Shown: one piece after another, positions 1 to 9,436 of the stretch | How the letters are laid out: every line of letters begins with the position of its first letter | Numbering within the stretch: the stretch's first letter is position 1 | Assembly: GCA_027490755.1 (NCBI GenBank) | Contig: JAIXXL010000021.1 | Location: forward strand, 25,675-89,674 | Source: Betaproteobacteria bacterium | Lineage (GTDB): Bacteria > Pseudomonadota > Gammaproteobacteria > Burkholderiales > UBA3065 | DNA length: 64,000 nucleotides | Reading direction: 5' to 3' | Notes under the pieces: model-generated | What the model was told of the DNA's origin: nothing | Databases searched by the model: none | What the model saw: the letters and a program-made list of their open reading frames with translations, nothing else | Position numbers and translations under genes: made by a program

Positions 1-368
1 ACCGACCCGGTCAGCCTGAGCCTGCTCGGGCACTTCGACCAGTTGCTGCTGGTGGCCACCCCCGATATCGCGTCGTTGCGGCGCGCTGCCAAGGTGCTGC
101 GCATGTGGCAGGGCATGGGCCGCGACACCTCGCGGGTCGGCCTGGTCGCCAACCGGGTCACGGCGAACCCTGAGGTTCCGGTGACGCGCTTCGCCGCGAC
201 CTTGGGTTTACCGGTGTTGCGCGAGATCGCCGAGGAGTCCGAGGGCGTCAGCCAGTCCTTGCTGGAGGGCGTACCGGTGCTGGTCACCGCGCCCGCCAGC
301 GCATTCAGTCGGGCCATCCGCCACTGGGCGGCAGACCTGTCCGGTATCCATCCTGTCGAGGAGTCCTT

Positions 369-1784
<1,416 letters not shown>

Positions 1785-1793
1785 GGAGGCGTC

Positions 1794-2771
1794 ATGCAAC
1801 AGAACACGTGGCTGATGGTGGCGGTGGGGCTGGCCTTCCTCGCCGGGGTGGTCGGGGTGTTGGCCCTGGCCGGTGTCCTCGAACTGCGCTTCGGCAAGCG
1901 TGCGCGCGCGCTCGAGCGGCAGATCGGGCGGGTGCTCGAGCGTCCCGCCACGGCGATGGCGGCCGAACTGGCACGCAGCATCGAGCTGCGCCTGCCGGCG
2001 ATGCTCCAGCGCGCTCGCCAGACCCCGCTGCTGCGTGGCCTCGAGTTGCTGTTGCTGCGCTCTGGCAGCACCCGGCACCTGGTGGAACTGCTGGGCTTGT
2101 TGGCCCTCTTGGCGTTGGTCGGGCTGATCGCCGGTCTGCTGCTGCAGGCTGGCTGGCCCGGCGTGTTGCTCGCCGTCGTCTGCGCGGTGGGTGCTCCCCT
2201 CGCCTGGCTATATCTGCGCGCCGCGCGCCGGCGGGCGCGCTTCGAGGCGCAGCTGCCCGAGGCGCTCGACTTCATCGCCCGCGCGCTGCGTGCCGGCCAC
2301 GGCCTGATGGCCGGGCTGGGCATGGTCGCCAGCGAGCTTTCCGACCCGGTGGCGGCCGAGTTCGGCACCGTCTTCGAGGAGGTCAACTTTGGCGTGCCGC
2401 TCGGCGAGGCGCTGTCGCGCATGGCGGCGCGTGTCGATAGCCGCGACCTCGACTTCTTCGTCGTCGCGGTCTCGATCCAGCGCGAGACCGGCGGCAACCT
2501 CGCCGAGCTGCTCGGCGGACTTGCGGGCACCGTCCGCGAGCGCATGAAGCTGGCCGGCAAGGTGCGCGCGCTGTCCTCTGAGGGGCGCCTGTCGGCGGTG
2601 CTGATGACGGCGCTGCCGTTCGTCCTCGGCGCCATCCTCAACTTCATCAACCCTGAATACATGTCGCTGCTCTGGACCACGCCAGAGGGCCGCCAGACCG
2701 TCGCCGTGATGCTGGTGATGATGCTGGTCGGCAGCATCTGGATCCAGGTGCTGGTGCGTATCCGCGTCTGA
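1794..2771 (+). CDS. tadB: TadB-like Flp pilus assembly membrane protein (T2SS F family)
   Basis: 325-aa polytopic ORF 9 nt after cpaF. It has the T2SF-type segment 'QLPEALDFIARALRAGHGL...' and the expected position in a tad operon. Confidence 0.85.
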   Translation: MQQNTWLMVAVGLAFLAGVVGVLALAGVLELRFGKRARALERQIGRVLERPATAMAAELARSIELRLPAMLQRARQTPLLRGLELLLLRSGSTRHLVELLGLLALLALVGLIAGLLLQAGWPGVLLAVVCAVGAPLAWLYLRAARRRARFEAQLPEALDFIARALRAGHGLMAGLGMVASELSDPVAAEFGTVFEEVNFGVPLGEALSRMAARVDSRDLDFFVVAVSIQRETGGNLAELLGGLAGTVRERMKLAGKVRALSSEGRLSAVLMTALPFVLGAILNFINPEYMSLLWTTPEGRQTVAVMLVMMLVGSIWIQVLVRIRV

Positions 2772-2792
2772 GCGGCACCCCAGGAGACCCCC

Positions 2793-3731
2793 ATGAACAC
2801 TGCCCAGATGATGTTCGCCGTATCGGTATCCGCCGCATTCCTTGCGGTGGTGATGCTTACCGTCAGCGCCGCGCTGCTGTGGCGCGACCGGCGCCTCGGC
2901 GCCCGTCTGGCGCAACTCAGCGGTCGCCCGCGTCTGCCGCAGGCGTCAGGTACGCAGCCGTATGGGCGGCGCGTCGCGCGGGTGGTCGCGGCGCTATCGA
3001 ACCTGTCGGCACCCGACCGCCGGCTCCACGATTCGAAACTGCGCCTGCGTCTGGCTACGGCGGGTCTGCGTGGTGAGCGCGCGCCCTTGGGCTACTACGC
3101 AGCGCGCACCGCGCTGACGCTGTTGCTGCCGCTGCTGGCGGTTCTGGTGCTGCCGCAATTGGGGGCTTCTTTGTCGGGCACGGCGCTGGCACTGACCGCG
3201 TTCGTCATGGCGGTGGCTGGCTACTTCCTGCCCACTCTGCTGCTCGAGTTGCGCATCCGTGCTCGCCGCGAGCAGATCCGCGAGAGCTTGCCGGACATGG
3301 TCGACCTGCTGCTGGTCTGCGTGGAATCGGGACTGGCGCTGGACGCGGCCATCAACCGCGTCTCGCGCGAGATCGCCGGCCGCAACCCGGCCCTGGCCGA
3401 GGAGTTCCACCTGGCTGCGCTGGAGATCCGCGCCGGCGCACGCCGGGTGGACGCCTTGCACAATCTCGCCTCGCGCTGCGGGCTGGACGACATCAACAAC
3501 CTGGTCGCCATGCTGGTGCAGTCGGAACGGTTTGGCACCAGCCTGGGCGATGCCCTGCGCGTCCACGCCGACTTCATGCGGGTAAAGCGCATCCAGCGCG
3601 CCGAGGAGCTGGCGGCGAAGGTCCCGCTCAAGATCCTGTTCCCACTCATCCTGCTGATCTTCCCGTCGCTGCTGGTGGTCATCCTTGGCCCGGCGATGAT
3701 CAGGCTTCCGCAGTTCCTGGGTTCGCCATGA
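2793..3731 (+). CDS. tadC: TadC-like Flp pilus assembly membrane protein (T2SS F family)
   Basis: 312-aa ORF, paralogous in layout to tadB ('LPDMVDLLLVCVESGLALDAAINRV', C-terminal TM helices). It follows tadB. Confidence 0.85.
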   Translation: MNTAQMMFAVSVSAAFLAVVMLTVSAALLWRDRRLGARLAQLSGRPRLPQASGTQPYGRRVARVVAALSNLSAPDRRLHDSKLRLRLATAGLRGERAPLGYYAARTALTLLLPLLAVLVLPQLGASLSGTALALTAFVMAVAGYFLPTLLLELRIRARREQIRESLPDMVDLLLVCVESGLALDAAINRVSREIAGRNPALAEEFHLAALEIRAGARRVDALHNLASRCGLDDINNLVAMLVQSERFGTSLGDALRVHADFMRVKRIQRAEELAAKVPLKILFPLILLIFPSLLVVILGPAMIRLPQFLGSP

Positions 3732-3744
3732 GCGGGGTGACGCG

Positions 3745-4344
3745 ATGAACCACTACCCGGCCGGCGTCATCAAGGCGCTGCAGCGCATCGTCACCTCGGC
3801 GGATGGCGCCGTCGTGGCGCTGTCCATGACCACGCTGGGCTTTGCGCTGGACTGGCGCTACGGCACATCAGCGCAGACCTGGGTCCTGATCGGCTTTGCC
3901 TGGGTGCTGGTGTGGCTGGCGGCGATCGACCGCATCACGCGCCTGCTGCCCGACGTGCTCACGCTGCCGCTGCTGTGGCTGGGACTGCTCGCGCAGCTGC
4001 ACCCGGCGACGCGCACGGTGGGCGCGGAACTGGCCATCGGTGGCGCGGTGCTGGGCTACCTGCCGCTGCGTGCGCTGGAGCTGGCCTGGTTCAACCTGCG
4101 CGGCGTCGAGGCGCTGGGTTTTGGCGATCTCAAATTGCTGGCCGCCATCGGTGCCTGGCTGGGTCCGCAGGCGGCGATGCTGGTGCTGGTCGGTGGCACC
4201 CTGGCCGGCTCGGCCTGGCACCTGCTCCGCCCGATGGTGGGACGCACGCGTCTGGCGCAGAACTTTCCGCTGGGGCCTTGGCTGGTGGGGGCGGCGCTGG
4301 CGTTACTGCTGGCCGGGCCGCAATGGATGGGGTGGGGTGGCTGA
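3745..4344 (+). CDS. A24-family prepilin peptidase (TadV/CpaA type, no methyltransferase domain)
   Basis: 199-aa polytopic ORF with both aspartyl-protease blocks ('AAIDRITRLLPD' and 'GFGDLKLLAAIGAWLG'). Its last codons and TGA stop (4342-4344) lie inside the tRNA-His-derived repeat. Confidence 0.8.
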   Translation: MNHYPAGVIKALQRIVTSADGAVVALSMTTLGFALDWRYGTSAQTWVLIGFAWVLVWLAAIDRITRLLPDVLTLPLLWLGLLAQLHPATRTVGAELAIGGAVLGYLPLRALELAWFNLRGVEALGFGDLKLLAAIGAWLGPQAAMLVLVGGTLAGSAWHLLRPMVGRTRLAQNFPLGPWLVGAALALLLAGPQWMGWGG

Positions 4345-4365
4345 TGGGACTCGAACCCACGACAA
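4332..4365 (-). repeat. 34-nt direct-repeat copy of the tRNA-His 3' end (att-like island boundary)
   Basis: 'gtggggtggctgatgggactcgaacccacgacaa' is identical to 9129-9162, which covers the 3' end of the intact tRNA-His plus 1 flanking nt. Both copies have the same orientation. Confidence 0.85.
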
Positions 4366-4553
4366 ACCAGGTTCGAACGGATTAGAAGTCATTGTTCGCA
4401 TCGGTCGGCGTGATGTTCGCTGGGGGCAGCTGCGCTGCTGGCGCGCTGGCGATGAACCTATCTCGCGACGAGCGCATCGGCGAGGCTAGCCGCTGGGCCG
4501 GTCGTGGCAGCCAATTGGCATTAAACTCACTTCATTTCCGCCCGACCTGAGCC

Positions 4554-4727
4554 ATGCAGATCTATCGCGCCGCCCTCGATGCCAGTCCGATCGCCTTTTG
4601 CATCATGCGTCGTGATGACGGGCGGCTGATACACGTCAACGCGCGCCATCTGGACCCGTTCGGTGTTTCCGCCGGTGACCTCGACAGCATCGACCCGAGC
4701 CGGCTCTATCGTGTCCGCGGCGCCTGA
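4554..4727 (+). pseudogene. PAS-like N-terminal fragment of a sensor kinase (remnant)
   Basis: 57-codon ORF '[43 protein letters not shown]...' looks like the start of a PAS sensor domain. It terminates after 57 aa and overlaps, out of frame, the linker of the downstream REC-HPt ORF. Confidence 0.4.
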
Positions 4728-5775
4728 CATCAGCGGCTTCGCTGCGGTGCGCGGCGCGCGCATCCTTCTCGCCGAGGACAACCTGCTAAACCAGCAGATC
4801 GCCTGCGAACTGCTGGCTGACGAGGGGTTGGTGGTGGAGGTTGCGACCAATGGTCGCGAGGCGTTGGAGATGGCGCTCTCGCGCCGTTACGACTTGGTCC
4901 TGATGGACATGCAGGTGCCGGAGATGGACGGCCTCGCCGCTACTCGGGCGCTTCGCGAGCGCTTCAGCACCGCTGAGTTGCCGATTCTGGCCATGACCGC
5001 CAACGCGTCCGAGGCCGACCGCCGACGGTGCGCCGAGGCAGGCATGGACGCGCACATCAGCAAGCCGATCGACCCACCGCAGCTCTACGCCACCCTGCAA
5101 CGGTGGCTGCGTCCCCCGGCGCTGCCGGTGCTTGCCGCCGACGCCGGGTATGGCAGCACGGTGCCATCATCCCAGATGCTCGGCGTTGCCGGTATCGACT
5201 CCAGCCTCGGCTTGCGCCGCGCCGGCGGCAAGCCGGCGCTCTACCGCAAGCTGCTCGCCATCTTCGTGCGCGACATGGCCAGCAGTGTCGATGCCGTGCG
5301 GTCGGCGCTGGGTGCCGGCGACCGCGCGGCGGCGGTACGCGCCGCGCATTCGCTCAAGGGTAGCGCGGGGACCATCGGCGCCGGCGCCTTGGAGTCCGCC
5401 GCGGGCGCGCTAGAGGCGCGGCTTGCCGCTGGGCAAGACCCCGAGCCACTCGCGCTGGCGATGCTGGCGGCCGATCTGGCATCGTTGGTCGCCTGCATCG
5501 AGGGCGCGCTGACGACGATGCCGGCCGCGGTGCCAGCCGTTCCCGAGGGCAACGCGGCAGCGCACGGGGCCACTGCCAACGACTCGCCCGACCCGGTGCT
5601 GCTGCGCCGGGTCGAGGCCCTTCTTGCCAGCGACGACACCGCTGCTGCCGGCCTTATCGATGAACACGCAGGCGCGCTCCGGGCACAACTCGGTCCGATG
5701 CGCTTCGAAGCGCTCCGCCAAGCCATTGACGGTTACGATTTCGAGGCGGCGCTGGCCGCCTTCCGCGGCAGTTGA
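4663..5775 (+). CDS. Receiver (REC) + HPt phosphotransfer protein; C-terminal part of a hybrid sensor kinase lacking HisKA/HATPase
   Basis: REC blocks '[18 protein letters not shown]', '[14 protein letters not shown]' and 'ILAMTANA', plus HPt motif '[13 protein letters not shown]'. No kinase core lies upstream. The true start is uncertain. Confidence 0.75.
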   Translation: MFPPVTSTASTRAGSIVSAAPDISGFAAVRGARILLAEDNLLNQQIACELLADEGLVVEVATNGREALEMALSRRYDLVLMDMQVPEMDGLAATRALRERFSTAELPILAMTANASEADRRRCAEAGMDAHISKPIDPPQLYATLQRWLRPPALPVLAADAGYGSTVPSSQMLGVAGIDSSLGLRRAGGKPALYRKLLAIFVRDMASSVDAVRSALGAGDRAAAVRAAHSLKGSAGTIGAGALESAAGALEARLAAGQDPEPLALAMLAADLASLVACIEGALTTMPAAVPAVPEGNAAAHGATANDSPDPVLLRRVEALLASDDTAAAGLIDEHAGALRAQLGPMRFEALRQAIDGYDFEAALAAFRGS

Positions 5776-5834
5776 ACCGTTCATCCGGGCTTGTTCAGAC
5801 CCCTACCGCCCCCTAGCCGAGACATCGAGAACGC

Positions 5835-7118
5835 ATGATCGACACTGCCCGGCCCATCATCCTTGTTGTCGACGACACGCCTGCCAACGTCACGCTGATG
5901 AGTGGTCTGCTTCAGCAGGAGTACACCGTCAAGGCGGCGACCAACGGCGAGCGCGCGCTGAAGATCGCATTCAGCGAGCCGCCGCCGGACCTCATCCTGC
6001 TCGATATCGTCATGCCGGAGATGGATGGCTATGAGGTCTGCCGGCAACTCAAGGCCAACCCGGCCACGGCGCAGATCCCGGTGATCTTCCTCACCGCCAA
6101 GTCAGACAGCGAGGACGAGGCACTCGGTCTGGCCATGGGCGCGGTCGACTACATCACCAAGCCAGTGAGCCCGGCTATCGCCAAGGCTCGCATCGGCACG
6201 CACATGTCGCTCTATCGGCACAAGCAACGCATCAAGGAGACTTTCGGCCAGTACATCGACCCACGCATTGTGGAGAACCTCATCAGCGGTCGCGCCGAGG
6301 GAGTGCCCGCAGGTGAGAAGCAGGTGGTGACCGTCTACTTCTCCGACCTGGTCGCCTTCGCCACGCTGGCCGAGCTGCTCAGCCCGGCAGGCTTGGTCGG
6401 CTTCATCAATGAATACTTCTCGGTGATGTCTGAGCCGATCCGTGCCCACAACGGTGTCATCGACAAGTACATCGGCGACTCCATAATGGCATTCTGGTCG
6501 CCGCCTTTTTCGCCGACGGCCAGCCAGGCAGCTGACGCCTGCCTCGCTGTGGCTGCGCAACTGGAGGCGCTTGACGCCTTCCGCGCGCGGGTACCCGACC
6601 TGATCGGCCTGCGCAAGGGCGTGCGCGACGTCGGCATGCGTATCGGGCTAGCCAGCGGAGACGCCATCGTCGGCAGCATCGGCTCAGATACCTCGCGCAG
6701 CTTTACGGTGATGGGTGACACGGTCAACCTCGGCTCGCGGCTGGAGGGGGCAAACAAGGTCTACGACACGCGAGTACTTATCGACGAGAACACGCGCCGT
6801 ATGGCTGGCGCTGCGATCCAGGTGCGCGAGATCGACTCGCTGTCGGTGGTTGGCAAGACCGAGCCGGTGGTCGTATTCGAGCTGCTCGGCGTAGCCGGCA
6901 GCGCGTCACCGCTGGCCGAGGGGCTAGTCGAGGCCTACGGTCGCGGGCTTGAACGATACCGCGCTGGCGACTGGCGCGCGGCGCAGACTCACTTCGCGAC
7001 CTGCCTAAGCATTGCTCCCGACGATGGCCCGACCAAGACACTGCTGGCGCGTTGCTGGCAACTGCTGCGCGACCCGCCGGCGGAGTGGGACGGCACCTGG
7101 CGGCTGGCGACCAAGTAG
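5835..7118 (+). CDS. Response-regulator receiver fused to class III adenylate/guanylate cyclase domain
   Basis: REC 'ILVVDDTPANVTLM...DLILLDIVMPEMDGYEV...VIFLTAK'. Cyclase blocks 'VTVYFSDLVAFATLAE', 'KYIGDSIMAFW' and 'GDTVNLGSRLEG'. Confidence 0.85.
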   Translation: MIDTARPIILVVDDTPANVTLMSGLLQQEYTVKAATNGERALKIAFSEPPPDLILLDIVMPEMDGYEVCRQLKANPATAQIPVIFLTAKSDSEDEALGLAMGAVDYITKPVSPAIAKARIGTHMSLYRHKQRIKETFGQYIDPRIVENLISGRAEGVPAGEKQVVTVYFSDLVAFATLAELLSPAGLVGFINEYFSVMSEPIRAHNGVIDKYIGDSIMAFWSPPFSPTASQAADACLAVAAQLEALDAFRARVPDLIGLRKGVRDVGMRIGLASGDAIVGSIGSDTSRSFTVMGDTVNLGSRLEGANKVYDTRVLIDENTRRMAGAAIQVREIDSLSVVGKTEPVVVFELLGVAGSASPLAEGLVEAYGRGLERYRAGDWRAAQTHFATCLSIAPDDGPTKTLLARCWQLLRDPPAEWDGTWRLATK

Positions 7119-7437
7119 CGCGCAGACCTCTTGATATGTGCCCGAGTCGGAGGAAAACAAAAAGCCCAAACCCCTCTGCTCGGGCCTAGCGCTTGAATCT
7201 TTTGGCCCCCGGCCTGGGCTCGAGCAAGGGACACAAGGGTTCACAGGCCGTTGCTCTACCAGCTCCAATCGCCCGGCAAGGGATCTTGAGAGTATTCGTC
7301 CGTGATGTAGAGGGCTTGGTTGGGCGGACTCTGGGTGGCGCGGATAGAGGTGTGTGGAAGACATCTACTTGTTTTACGCGGGAGAAGGGGGTAGCGTAAC
7401 TGGGCGGTTCCCCTTTAAAAGTTAAAAACTGGAGCAA

Positions 7438-7893
7438 ATGATGATTTACAAAAAAATGTTATTTATTGTGCTTTTTTTGGGATTAACAAGTGTCTCACAT
7501 GCCGGTGATCAAGATACTATGGGCAAAACCAAGCTGACCTTTACAATAGTAGCCCCCGCTGGTCTGGCTCAGGAAGGTAAACAATTGTTTCTTTCACACG
7601 CGGCGTGGATGAAGGCTACACACAGTAGAACAGGACCGAAAGCTCTGCTGAGTTATGATGTTTCAGAAATGGATGAGCTCACAAATCCAACAGACTTAAA
7701 ATCAAAGTCGACCGGGAATAAAATCTTTATACTGTCTGAAACCTATGAGTCATCTGCGGGCGTTGAAGACCATTTTGCCAAAACACCCGATTGGAAAGAT
7801 TGGCCTAAGTTTGATGCTTGGTTAAAAAAATGCAAGGTGACCAAGGCTTCATCTACAACAATTTTTAACTCACTTACTTGGGGCGGAAAGTAG
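7438..7893 (+). CDS. Secreted hypothetical protein (signal peptide)
   Basis: 151-aa ORF in an AT-rich patch. N-terminus 'MMIYKKMLFIVLFLGLTSVSHA' is a typical signal peptide. An RBS-like 'ctggag' lies upstream and a hairpin terminator follows. Confidence 0.6.
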   Translation: MMIYKKMLFIVLFLGLTSVSHAGDQDTMGKTKLTFTIVAPAGLAQEGKQLFLSHAAWMKATHSRTGPKALLSYDVSEMDELTNPTDLKSKSTGNKIFILSETYESSAGVEDHFAKTPDWKDWPKFDAWLKKCKVTKASSTTIFNSLTWGGK

Positions 7894-7920
7894 CCCGGCT
7901 TAAGTACAAAATCAAAGAAA

Positions 7921-7947
7921 GCCACTCATCGCAGTGGCTTTTTTTAA
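7921..7947 (+). terminator. Rho-independent terminator
   Basis: Hairpin 'gccactcatcgcagtggc' followed by a T-run (ttttttt), just after the 7438-7893 ORF. Confidence 0.6.
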
Positions 7948-8166
7948 ATCGGGGAATTGCCCTCAAGAAAAACTTTTCCAAGTTCGTCCGACACCTTAAA
8001 TCGGAGAGATTCGGGGGGCATTTCTCAGGAATGAATGGGCCGACGAAACTTGGCGGGTCATCCAGATTGAGAGGGCGTTAAATATAAATTATATATTGTA
8101 AATACAGGATTAGCATAAAAATAATAGCCCTTCGCGGAGACGTTCCTTTTTTAGGAGAAAAAAATC

Positions 8167-8883
8167 ATGGAACAAGCGATCGCGGTTCTATTTCCACTCC
8201 TGAGTGGTGCCCTAGTGGTGTACGGCTTTAATCGGCTCGATAGCTCTGTATATCAAGTTAAAGGCGTCGTTGGCCCCTATTTTGCTGCATTGGCTTTGTT
8301 ATTCGGGTTGTTTGCAAGCCTCACTGCGGGTGACGTTTGGCAAAGAGTCAGCAAAGCCAATGCACAAATCACCTCTGAAGCCAACGCGATGCGAACGCTC
8401 TTGCGAATCTCGCAAGCCATGGACAGATCGGATCTGCGCGTCGGCGACTTATTGCACGCTTATACTGACAGAGAAAATGCTACAGAAAAAACCATCGAGA
8501 ATACTGGTAGGGTTGATATTCAATCCACATCGGAAATCGAGGCTTTATTTAAAACAGCGATCGATCCGGCGAATTTTTCTAACAATGTGGTGCAGGCTGA
8601 ATTCTTGAAAGCCTTGGTTCAATTGCGCTCTGCCAGATTTGAACGGCTAGAGGCCAACAAAGCCCACCTGGCTATGTATAAGCTGGTTGTCCTGGGATTT
8701 TTCGGTGTGTTGACGCAAATTGCAATTGCATTATGCCACCCCGCTAACTACCGCGCACTGCTGTGTTCGGTCATGCTATTCAGCATTGCCTTTTCCTGCA
8801 CAATGGGCTTCGTCACGATGTTCGAGAACAATGAGATCTTCTCATCGCTTCTAAATTTAAATCAGTTTGAGGATATAAATTGA
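8167..8883 (+). CDS. Hypothetical membrane protein (DUF4239-like layout)
   Basis: 238-aa ORF in the AT-rich patch. It has two N-terminal and two C-terminal hydrophobic helices flanking a soluble helical middle, and 'aggagaaaaaaatc' RBS context. Confidence 0.55.
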   Translation: MEQAIAVLFPLLSGALVVYGFNRLDSSVYQVKGVVGPYFAALALLFGLFASLTAGDVWQRVSKANAQITSEANAMRTLLRISQAMDRSDLRVGDLLHAYTDRENATEKTIENTGRVDIQSTSEIEALFKTAIDPANFSNNVVQAEFLKALVQLRSARFERLEANKAHLAMYKLVVLGFFGVLTQIAIALCHPANYRALLCSVMLFSIAFSCTMGFVTMFENNEIFSSLLNLNQFEDIN

Positions 8884-8907
8884 TGGGGGCCAAGAGTGGC
8901 CTGCCCC

Positions 8908-9128
8908 TGACCTGACCCAGGATTTTCGGGCCAGTTGAAACTTGAGAGGATGGCTTCTGCCGATGAGGAGGGGCTTGTTGAGGAAGTCCCGGTTCAGTGA
9001 AGAGAGGATGGTTCGGACGTTGCGCGAGACTGTCCGAGTGCCGTTGAGCAAATGGGAGCATGCTCAACATCCTCGCCACGTCGCCCCAGGGTTTGGGTTG
9101 ACGTAAGTCTTTGTTGTTGATGGTGTTT
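8908..9128 (+). mobile_element. IS3-family (IS407-like) left-end remnant
   Basis: It starts with an IR-like 'tgacctgacccaggattttcggg...agttgaaact'. This is followed by a truncated orfA start encoding '(L)RKSRFSEERMVRTLRE', the characteristic MRKSRF(T/S)EEQ N-terminus. By eye it is roughly 80% identical over about 90 nt to the second remnant at 32881-32990 (opposite strand). Confidence 0.6.
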
Positions 9129-9129
9129 G

Positions 9130-9206
9130 TGGGGTGGCTGATGGGACTCGAACCCACGACAACCGGAATCACAATCCGGGACTCTACCAACTGAGCTACA
9201 GCCACC
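9130..9206 (-). tRNA. tRNA-His (GTG)
   Basis: The reverse complement folds as a cloverleaf: 5' 'ggtggctg' (with G-1), anticodon arm 'ccgga ttGTGat tccgg', T-arm 'gtgggttcgagtcccat', encoded CCA. Confidence 0.92.
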
Positions 9207-9247
9207 ACTGGACCAACGATCTACAACTGGCACTGCACGGAAGAGAC

Positions 9248-9324
9248 TGGCCTGCCCGACAGGAGTCGAACCTGTAACCCCCGGCTTAGAAGGCCGGTGC
9301 TCTATCCGGTTGAGCTACGGGCAG
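9248..9324 (-). tRNA. tRNA-Arg (TCT)
   Basis: The reverse complement shows D-arm 'tagctcaaccggatagagc', anticodon arm 'ccggc ctTCTaa gccgg', T-arm 'caggttcgactcctg', CCA. Confidence 0.9.
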
Positions 9325-9347
9325 TCTGCGTAACCTGCTTCGGCGCC

Positions 9348-9424
<77 letters not shown>

Positions 9425-9436
9425 AGGGCCGCGATA

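Larger units (their letters stand above)
4366..9128. mobile_element. Decayed tRNA-His-associated genomic island (no integrase retained)
   Basis: Bounded by the 34-nt direct repeats at 4332-4365 and 9129-9162. Contents are mosaic: a kinase remnant, a receiver-cyclase, an AT-rich two-gene patch, and an IS3-family end fragment abutting the tRNA. Confidence 0.55.

Noticed and set aside
7203-7277. 75-nt tRNA-like stretch (minus strand) ending in CCA, with a D-arm/anticodon-like 'ctggtagagcaacggcctGTGaa'
   Set aside because: I tried to fold it. The acceptor stem does not pair (5' GCCGGGC versus 3' GCCGGGG), the D stem is broken, and the T-loop is 'gctcgag' rather than TTCGA-like. At best it is a highly degraded tRNA relic, which is not supportable as a feature.
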